A DNA stretch of 64,000 nt. Origin: an uncultured Gemmatimonadales bacterium (GTDB lineage: Bacteria; Gemmatimonadota; Gemmatimonadetes; Longimicrobiales; RSA9). The position numbers were made by a program, and so were the translations under genes. The stretch is from contig CAWAMW010000006.1 of the NCBI GenBank assembly GCA_963783305.1, forward strand, positions 32,001 through 96,000, given 5' to 3'. Position 1 is the first letter of the stretch, and every line of letters starts with the position of its first letter. The notes under the pieces were generated by a model. That model did not search any database and was not told the origin of the DNA. It saw only the letters and a list, made by a program, of their open reading frames with translations. Shown one piece after another: positions 57,723 through 64,000 of the stretch.

Positions 57723-58772
57723 GTGGACCGCCGCTCCCGCGCCACCGGCTGCCTGCTGGCCGGCGCCGCCGGCGACGCGCTGGGCGCACCCGTCGAGTTC
57801 CTGTCGCTCGCCGAGATCCGCCGCCGCTACGGCCCCGCCGGCATCCGCGATCTCGATTGCGCGTACGGCCGCGTGGGTGCGATCACCGATGACACCCAGA
57901 TGACGCTCTTCACCGCCGATGGTCTGCTGCGCGCAGGCGGCGCGGAGCGTGAGACGGTGCGCCGCGCCGTGTACCACGCCTACCTTCGCTGGTACTCCAC
58001 CCAGGGGGAGGACCCGCCCGCCGACCCCGGCCCGCCCGGGTGGCTCCTGGGGCTGGCCGAGCTGCACGCTCGCCGCGGCCCCGGCAACACCTGCCTCGGG
58101 GCCCTCGGCTCCGGAGCGATGGGTTCGCGGGAACGGCGGATCAATCACAGCAAGGGCTGCGGCGGCGTGATGCGCGTCGCGCCCGCGGGTCTCATCGGGA
58201 CCGACGACCCGTTCTCCCTCGGCTGCGACACCGCCGCCATCACGCACTCGCACCCCGCTGGCTTCCTTTCCGCCGGATTCCTCGCGCTGCTCCTCCACCG
58301 GATCCTCCGGGGCGATCCTCTGCACGCGGCCATCGACGCGGCCGCGGAGCGGCTCGCGGCGGAACCCGAGCATGAGGAGACCTCCGCCGCCGTTCACGCC
58401 GCGCGGGCGGCCGCGCAGACCCTTGCGGCGGACGCGTCCGCCGCGGCCGACGGCGCGACGCCCGAGGCGGTGGAGCGGCTGGGTGGCGGCTGGGTGGGAG
58501 AGGAGGCGCTGGCCATTGCGCTCTTCTGCGTCCTTGCGCACCCCACCGACCTCGAGGCCGCCGTCATCCTCGCCGCCAACCATTCCGGCGACACCGACAG
58601 CACGGCCGCCATCACCGGACAGATCATGGGTGCGCTGCTCGGACGGGATGCGGTCCCCGGGCGCTGGCTGGAGTCGCTGGAGCTGCGGTCGGCGCTGGAG
58701 CGGGTCGCGGCCGACCTCGTCGGCGGTGGGCGGGAAGCCCCGGATTGGCTGGAGCGATACCCGCCGGAGTAG
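57723..58772 (+). CDS. ADP-ribosylglycohydrolase (DraG/ARH family)
   Basis: GDALGAPVEF, TDDTQMT, SKGCGGVMR, AITHSH, NHSGDTDST. Confidence 0.93.
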   Translation: MDRRSRATGCLLAGAAGDALGAPVEFLSLAEIRRRYGPAGIRDLDCAYGRVGAITDDTQMTLFTADGLLRAGGAERETVRRAVYHAYLRWYSTQGEDPPADPGPPGWLLGLAELHARRGPGNTCLGALGSGAMGSRERRINHSKGCGGVMRVAPAGLIGTDDPFSLGCDTAAITHSHPAGFLSAGFLALLLHRILRGDPLHAAIDAAAERLAAEPEHEETSAAVHAARAAAQTLAADASAAADGATPEAVERLGGGWVGEEALAIALFCVLAHPTDLEAAVILAANHSGDTDSTAAITGQIMGALLGRDAVPGRWLESLELRSALERVAADLVGGGREAPDWLERYPPE

Positions 58773-58784
58773 AGGTGGCGGCCC

Positions 58785-60461
58785 CTACCCGCGGCGCTCG
58801 TGCACGGCGTAGTCCAGGCCGCCAATTCGGAACCAGCGGTAGCTGAGAGCCTCGAGGGGCACCCGGTGGACCCCCTCGTCGTCGGCGTTCAGCTCCTCCT
58901 CCCTGAAGAGGTTCGCGAGGCGGAGCCGTCCGCATTCCTCTGCGTCATCCGCCAGGCGGAGCCGCGCCTCCCGCGGCTGGCTGGCGAAGTTGTGAAGCAC
59001 CACGAGCCCGTTCCCACGCCAGTCGTAGCGCAGGGCCAGGCAGTTCTCGACCCCAGGGTCTACGATGGTGGGGCGGCCCCAGCCGATCTCCGGGCACTCC
59101 TTCCGTACCCGGATCATGGTCGCCATCCAGTTCAGGAACGAATCCGGGTCCCGGCGCTGCGCCTCCACGTTCATGTGCCGGAAGCTCCAGACGCCATCGT
59201 CGATGACCGGGTGGACGAGATCGTCCTCCTCGGCGGTGGAGAAGCCCGCGTTCGGCTCGTCGGCCCACTGCATGGGGGTGCGGACGGTCGCGCGGCCCTC
59301 GAGGGAAAGGTCGTCGCCCATCCGCAGCTCGTCGCCGAAGCGGATGACGGGGGTGCCGGGGAGCGAGAACATGACGCTGTACGCCAGCTCCTCGTGCTCG
59401 CGGTCGCCGAGCATGGGGGCGAGCCGGCGCCGGATCCCGCGGCCGAACAGCCGCATGTGCTCCTCCGGCGCGAACTTCTCGAATATCCGCTCCCGCTGCT
59501 CGTCGCTGAGACGGCCCAGGTCGAGCTCGTCGTGGTTGCGGAGGAACTGCGCCCACTGCGATGTGTCCGGGATGTCCGCCGTGGCCTCGATCGCTTCCTT
59601 CAGCGGTCCCACGTCGTCCGTGGCCAGCGCATAGAACAGGTGCTGGTTGACCCAGAAGTTGAACATCATGTGGATCCCCGTTCCGCCGTCCGGGCCGAAG
59701 TAGAACTTGCTGTCCTCCGGCTCCACATTGGCCTCGCCCAGGAAGATCGCGTCGCCCTTCTGCCACTGGAGCAGCCGGCGGAACTGCCGCAGGTACTCGA
59801 ACCGCTTCTCGCCACGCTCTCCGTCCCGCTGGATGGTTTCCAGGAGGAACGGCACCGCGTCCAGGCGGAACCCGGCGACGCCCAGCTCGAGCCAGTACCC
59901 CATGATGCGCTCGATCTCTTCGCGCACCGCCGGGTTCTCCATGTCGAGGTCCGGCTGGAAATCGTAGAAGCGGTGGAAGTAGAAGAGTCCCGCCTTCTCG
60001 TCCCGGGTCCAGGTGCTCTCCTGCTCACCCGGGAAGATCATGCCCGAGTCGGCGTCGGGCGGCCGCTTCTCCGACCACACATACCAGTCGCGGTACGGCG
60101 ACTCCGGGTCCGCGCGCGCCGCCTGGAACCACGGGTGCTCGTCCGACGTGTGGTTCACGACCAGGTCCATGAGCACCTTGATGCCACGCATGTTCGCCTG
60201 GTGCATGAACTCGACGAACTCGCCGCTCGAACCGTGCCGCGGATCCACTCCGTAGTAGTCGCTGATGTCGTAGCCGTTGTCCCGGTTCGGCGTGGTGTTG
60301 AACGGCGCCAGCCACACGGCGTCCACGCCCACGTAGGACAGATAATCCAGCCGCCGTATCAGACCGCGGAAGTCCCCCACGCCGTCCCCGTTGGCGTCCA
60401 GAAACGTCTCCAGGTCGAGACTGTAGATGACGGCGTTCTTGTACCAGAGGTCCTCGATCAT
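58785..60461 (-). CDS. GH13 alpha-amylase family protein, trehalose synthase TreS-like
   Basis: WYKNAVIY, GYDISDYY, DLVVNHTSDEHPWF, QPDL, GFRLDAVP, FLRNHDEL, GIRRRLAPML. Confidence 0.9.
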   Translation of the reverse strand: MIEDLWYKNAVIYSLDLETFLDANGDGVGDFRGLIRRLDYLSYVGVDAVWLAPFNTTPNRDNGYDISDYYGVDPRHGSSGEFVEFMHQANMRGIKVLMDLVVNHTSDEHPWFQAARADPESPYRDWYVWSEKRPPDADSGMIFPGEQESTWTRDEKAGLFYFHRFYDFQPDLDMENPAVREEIERIMGYWLELGVAGFRLDAVPFLLETIQRDGERGEKRFEYLRQFRRLLQWQKGDAIFLGEANVEPEDSKFYFGPDGGTGIHMMFNFWVNQHLFYALATDDVGPLKEAIEATADIPDTSQWAQFLRNHDELDLGRLSDEQRERIFEKFAPEEHMRLFGRGIRRRLAPMLGDREHEELAYSVMFSLPGTPVIRFGDELRMGDDLSLEGRATVRTPMQWADEPNAGFSTAEEDDLVHPVIDDGVWSFRHMNVEAQRRDPDSFLNWMATMIRVRKECPEIGWGRPTIVDPGVENCLALRYDWRGNGLVVLHNFASQPREARLRLADDAEECGRLRLANLFREEELNADDEGVHRVPLEALSYRWFRIGGLDYAVHERRG

Positions 60462-60507
60462 GCGGGGTCCCGGGGGCGGTCGTCTTTGGATTTTACCCAC
60501 GGCCCCT

Positions 60508-60522
60508 GCAAGGTTCTCACCA
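60508..60522 (-). promoter_or_regulatory. Weaker sigma54-like promoter (TGGTGA-GAACC-TTGC) upstream of the TreS-like gene
   Basis: TGG and TTGC conserved with GG-N10-GC spacing, ~46 bp upstream of the start. Confidence 0.4.
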
Positions 60523-60580
60523 GCCGACACCGGGCCTTCGGCTCGCCCGGCAGCCGCCCGGCACCCGCCGGGCCCCGCGG

Positions 60581-61054
60581 CTACTCCCGCCTCCGCAGCG
60601 ACTCCGGCATCCGTACGGCCAGGACGGTCCCGCGGGCGGTGACCGTCCCCTCCACCTCGACCTCGACGTCCACCTCCACCTTCCGCGCCCCCACGTCACG
60701 CGGGCGTGCGGTGAGCACGAGCTCCGGGCCGAGCGGTGTGGGCTTCAGGTAGTCGACCCGCAGCGAGGCCGTGACGAAGCGGGCCGACGGGTCCGAGCCG
60801 GGTGCGGCCCCCTCGCGCTCCATCCACGCGGCCGCCGCCGTGCCGATCCCGTGGCAGTCGATGAGCGAGGCCAGCAGTCCGCCGTATACATACCCCGGCA
60901 CCGCTACGTGCTCGGCGCGAGGGGTGAACCGCGCCACGCCCGCGCCGCCGCACCAAATGGTTCGCACGTGGTGCCCGTCCGGGTTCAAACGCCCGCAGCC
61001 GTAGCAGTGGGCCACGTCCTCCGGGTAGAGGTCCTGGATCGCCGCGTCGGTCAT
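60581..61054 (-). CDS. PaaI-family thioesterase
   Basis: CYGCG.LN..G, YGGLLASLIDCH, VTASLRVDYLKPTP. Confidence 0.9.
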   Translation of the reverse strand: MTDAAIQDLYPEDVAHCYGCGRLNPDGHHVRTIWCGGAGVARFTPRAEHVAVPGYVYGGLLASLIDCHGIGTAAAAWMEREGAAPGSDPSARFVTASLRVDYLKPTPLGPELVLTARPRDVGARKVEVDVEVEVEGTVTARGTVLAVRMPESLRRRE

Positions 61055-61357
61055 GATGGCCTCCCGTGGAACGGTGAAGGGGGTGCCCCGGTCTACCGTG
61101 ACACCCCCAATTCACTCACCCTGCCAAGGAGAGTATGTCCCGCACGCCACTTTCGCGACGGTATGATCCGGTTCATGACCTGATCGTGCACGGAGTCTAG
61201 GCCGTGTCCGACGGTGGATCTGTCGGGGGATCCCCGCTTCCCTTGTCGGGCACGGCCCGACGATGCCCTGTCGGCGCGGGCGGCCCGGTGATAATCTGCG
61301 CGGGTTGGACTGCGCCTGGCTCGACTGCGCCGGTCTATCCCCGCAACCACGCTCCCG

Positions 61358-62173
61358 ATGACGTCTACACCACCGTCGACCTCCTCCTCCAGCGCGCTGG
61401 TCCGCGTCTCTCGCACCGCGTGGACGGGTACGCGCGAGGGCTGGAGCGGCACGAGCCACGATGCGCGGAGGCGGTTCCTGCTCCGGCTCCTCGGGGCCAC
61501 GCTCCTCGCCGCCGCCGCGGCCAGTATCTCGGCGTTCGTGCTCCGCGACTTCGCAGTCGACGGCGCGCTCCCGGGCGACGCCGCGCTCACGGCGCGGATC
61601 ATGGATCTGCTCTCCATCCACAGCGCCGTCTGGCTGGGCGCGTTCACCAGCTCGGCCATGGTCACTCCGTTGCTGGTGCTCGCGGCCGTGCTCTGGGCAC
61701 GGCGCGGCCGCTGGGAGCGGGCGGTGACGGCGATTACGGCCTATATCGCGTCCAAGGCCATCATCTTCGCCGGCTGGAACACATGGGATCGGGCGCGCCC
61801 CGCGGACGTGCTGAACGGGGAGCTCGTGCCGGCCGGGCTGTCGTCGTACCCCTCCGGTCACGCGGTGCAGACCTGGACGGTCTACGGGCTCCTCATCCTC
61901 TGGTGGGCCGCCGCCAGCGACCGTGCGTGGGAGCGGGCCCTCGCCTGGACGCTACTGCTGGTGGGATCGCTGGTCATCGGCGTGGGCCGGGTCCGCATCA
62001 GCGCCCATTATCCGTCGGACATCATCGGCGGCATCCTCATTGGCGCACTCTGGCTCGCCGGCGCGGCGTGGGCCGAACGGGCGGTGGGGCGCCCGCTCAG
62101 CCCTTCCGGCGGGCGGCGAGAAGGCGGTCCCGATCGGACTCCGGCAGGTACTTCACGGCCTCGCGAACGGTAA
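61358..62173 (+). CDS. PAP2-family membrane phosphatase
   Basis: K......W.RARP, SYPSGH, GRVRISAHYPSDIIGG; start uncertain. Confidence 0.85.
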   Translation: MTSTPPSTSSSSALVRVSRTAWTGTREGWSGTSHDARRRFLLRLLGATLLAAAAASISAFVLRDFAVDGALPGDAALTARIMDLLSIHSAVWLGAFTSSAMVTPLLVLAAVLWARRGRWERAVTAITAYIASKAIIFAGWNTWDRARPADVLNGELVPAGLSSYPSGHAVQTWTVYGLLILWWAAASDRAWERALAWTLLLVGSLVIGVGRVRISAHYPSDIIGGILIGALWLAGAAWAERAVGRPLSPSGGRREGGPDRTPAGTSRPRER

Positions 62174-62846
62174 GCCCCGCGGCGCGCACCACCCGGGGCT
62201 CAAGCCACGCGACCACCAGCTCCGGTCGCTTCTTCCCGGTCTCTCGGAGCACCCAGCCGATGGCCTTCCGGATGAAGAACTCCCGCTCCCCGAGCATCGG
62301 ATCCGCCAGCGCGGCGAATCCCTCGAAGTCGCCCCGGCCGCGGCGCAGGCCGTAGAGATGGCCGAGGAGGGCGGCGCGACGCAGCCAGAAATCGGGATCG
62401 CCGGCCCAGCGCGTGAGCGTGGCGTCCATGCCGTCGGGGAACCGGTCCACCAGTGCGCCCGTGACACTGGCCGCGAGCCCGTCCACGAGCGCCCACGTGC
62501 CGGACCCCCGGATCAGGCGCTCCAGGAGCGGCGCGTCGTCCGGGGTGAGCCGGTCGATGTCGAGGTCCAGTACGTCGACGGCTGCCATCCGGAGCTCGAA
62601 GATCTCGCGCCCCCAGAGCGCCTCCACCAGCCCGATTACCTGGGGGTGGGACAGGTCCGGCTGCTCGCGGTGGAGTGCGACCACCGCTTTCCGCGTCGCC
62701 GGGACGGTAGCGCCCAGGAACGCCATCTCCATCTTGAGGTAGGCCTGCTCCTTCGCCGCCCGCTCCGGTGTGGCCTCCGACCGCAGACGTTCCAGGATCC
62801 CGTCGACCCACTGCTCCTCGACGCTGCTGCGCTCCACGATCTTCAC
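62097..62846 (-). CDS. DNA alkylation repair protein (AlkD-like)
   Basis: GTG start overlapping the upstream [45 protein letters not shown]. Confidence 0.9.
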   Translation of the reverse strand: MKIVERSSVEEQWVDGILERLRSEATPERAAKEQAYLKMEMAFLGATVPATRKAVVALHREQPDLSHPQVIGLVEALWGREIFELRMAAVDVLDLDIDRLTPDDAPLLERLIRGSGTWALVDGLAASVTGALVDRFPDGMDATLTRWAGDPDFWLRRAALLGHLYGLRRGRGDFEGFAALADPMLGEREFFIRKAIGWVLRETGKKRPELVVAWLEPRVVRAAGLTVREAVKYLPESDRDRLLAARRKG

Positions 62847-64000
62847 GGCTCCTCCTCGCGTGAAAGCGGGGTGCGCGCCCCCGCTCCATCCGCGCCGACC
62901 CGCGTGAGCACCGACTCCCGGATCTCGGCCACGCTCCGGCAGCCGGCCAGCCCCGCGGTGAGGTCCAGGTCGGCGACCAGGTTCCGTATGACCTCCTTCA
63001 CCCCGCTCTCTCCCCCGATGGCCAGGCCGTAGACGTACGGTCGACCCAGCAGCACCGCCGAGGCGCCCAGCGCGATCGCCTTGAACACGTCCGCGCCCGT
63101 GCGGATCCCGCTGTCGAACAGGACTGGCACGCGGGCGTCGATGGCCGCGGCCACGCCGGGCAGCGCGTCCAGCGCGCCGATGGCTCCGTCCACCTGGCGA
63201 CCGCCGTGGTTCGACACGATCACGCCGTCCATCCCGTGCTCCACGGCCCGTGTCGCGTCCTCCGGGTGCAGAATGCCCTTGAGGAAGATGGGCAGTGACG
63301 TCAGCTCCCGCAGCCGCGCCAGGTCGTCCCACTCGAGGGAGGGGCGGGAGTAGGTGGCGATGAACCGACGCACGGCCGACCGCGCGTCGCCGCTCCGGAG
63401 CGCGCGTAGCGTGGACCCGGGGAACCGCCGCGCCATCTCCAGCGCGGCGCCCATGGCCTTGAGTGTGACCGGCGGCCGTGGAGCCTCCGCGGGGTCCGTG
63501 TCCGCAGCGTCGGCGAGGCCCGCGCGGAAGGCGGGGTCGCTCGTGTACTGCGCGATTCCCTTGCCGCGCAGGAAGGGCAGGTATCCCAGGTCGAGGTCCT
63601 GCGGGCGCCAGCCGAGCATTGTCGTGTCCAGCGTGAGCACGATGGCGTCGCACCCGCACGTTTCGGCCCGTCGGACGAAGCTCGCCACCAGATCGTCCGA
63701 CCGGCTCCAGTAGAGCTGGAACCAGCGTGGCGCCGCGCCCATCGCCGCGGCGCACTCCTCCATGGTCCGGGAGGCCTGGCTCGAGAAGATGAACGGGACG
63801 CCCGTGTCGGCCGCCGCGCGCGCGACGGCCAGATCGGCCTCCCCATGCGCCATCTCCAGCACACCGATGGGCGCCAGCAGGAGCGGCGCGGGAAGACGCC
63901 GCCTCTGCAGCTCCACCGACAGGTCCCGCGATGAAACGTCCCGGAGCACCCGCGGCACGATCCGCCACGCCTCGAACGCCTCCCGGTTGCGGCGCATGGT
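62843..64000 (-). CDS. FMN-dependent alpha-hydroxy acid oxidase / lactate 2-monooxygenase, 5'-partial
   Basis: [55 protein letters not shown]. Confidence 0.93.
   Translation of the reverse strand, partial: TMRRNREAFEAWRIVPRVLRDVSSRDLSVELQRRRLPAPLLLAPIGVLEMAHGEADLAVARAAADTGVPFIFSSQASRTMEECAAAMGAAPRWFQLYWSRSDDLVASFVRRAETCGCDAIVLTLDTTMLGWRPQDLDLGYLPFLRGKGIAQYTSDPAFRAGLADAADTDPAEAPRPPVTLKAMGAALEMARRFPGSTLRALRSGDARSAVRRFIATYSRPSLEWDDLARLRELTSLPIFLKGILHPEDATRAVEHGMDGVIVSNHGGRQVDGAIGALDALPGVAAAIDARVPVLFDSGIRTGADVFKAIALGASAVLLGRPYVYGLAIGGESGVKEVIRNLVADLDLTAGLAGCRSVAEIRESVLTRVGADGAGARTPLSREEEP

Noticed and set aside
62097..62173. 77-bp 3' overlap of convergent PAP2 and AlkD-like genes
   Set aside because: The overlapping PAP2 tail is low-complexity; such run-on is common in GC-rich genomes

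Overview
Very GC-rich bacterial chromosomal segment. The gene content (diderm envelope proteins, lamin-tail nuclease, CocE and GGT peptidases, PRC-barrel protein) suggests Gemmatimonadota or a similar lineage; this is inference only. It holds about 50 CDSs, mostly housekeeping, envelope and stress genes: a TetR-linked TolC/HlyD/ABC-2 efflux operon, AsmA, LdcA-SpmAB, katG, an MCP with a porin, GGT, MltD-like transglycosylase, fasciclin, FadD, NhaP, type IA topoisomerase with an ADP-ribosylhydrolase, TreS-like enzyme and AlkD. The main candidate for an undescribed system is a tightly coupled three-gene operon (8247-14034): a cytoplasmic caspase-like CHAT protease, an alpha/beta-hydrolase lipase with a long N-terminal extension, and a single-pass membrane CHAT-TPR protease with an extracytoplasmic domain. 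This resembles a receptor-to-protease-to-lipase cascade. Other notable signals: a Y1/RAYT transposase gene bounded by 27-bp terminal inverted repeats; a subtilase missing its catalytic Ser next to a stand-alone propeptide-like inhibitor; two paralogous ATPase-wHTH genes each preceded by tandem 13-bp palindromes; CarH-type 11-bp repeats upstream of the fasciclin gene; sigma54-like promoters on three stress genes; and several gene remnants. No rRNA, tRNA or CRISPR array was recognised. All family assignments come from motif recognition by eye, not database searches.
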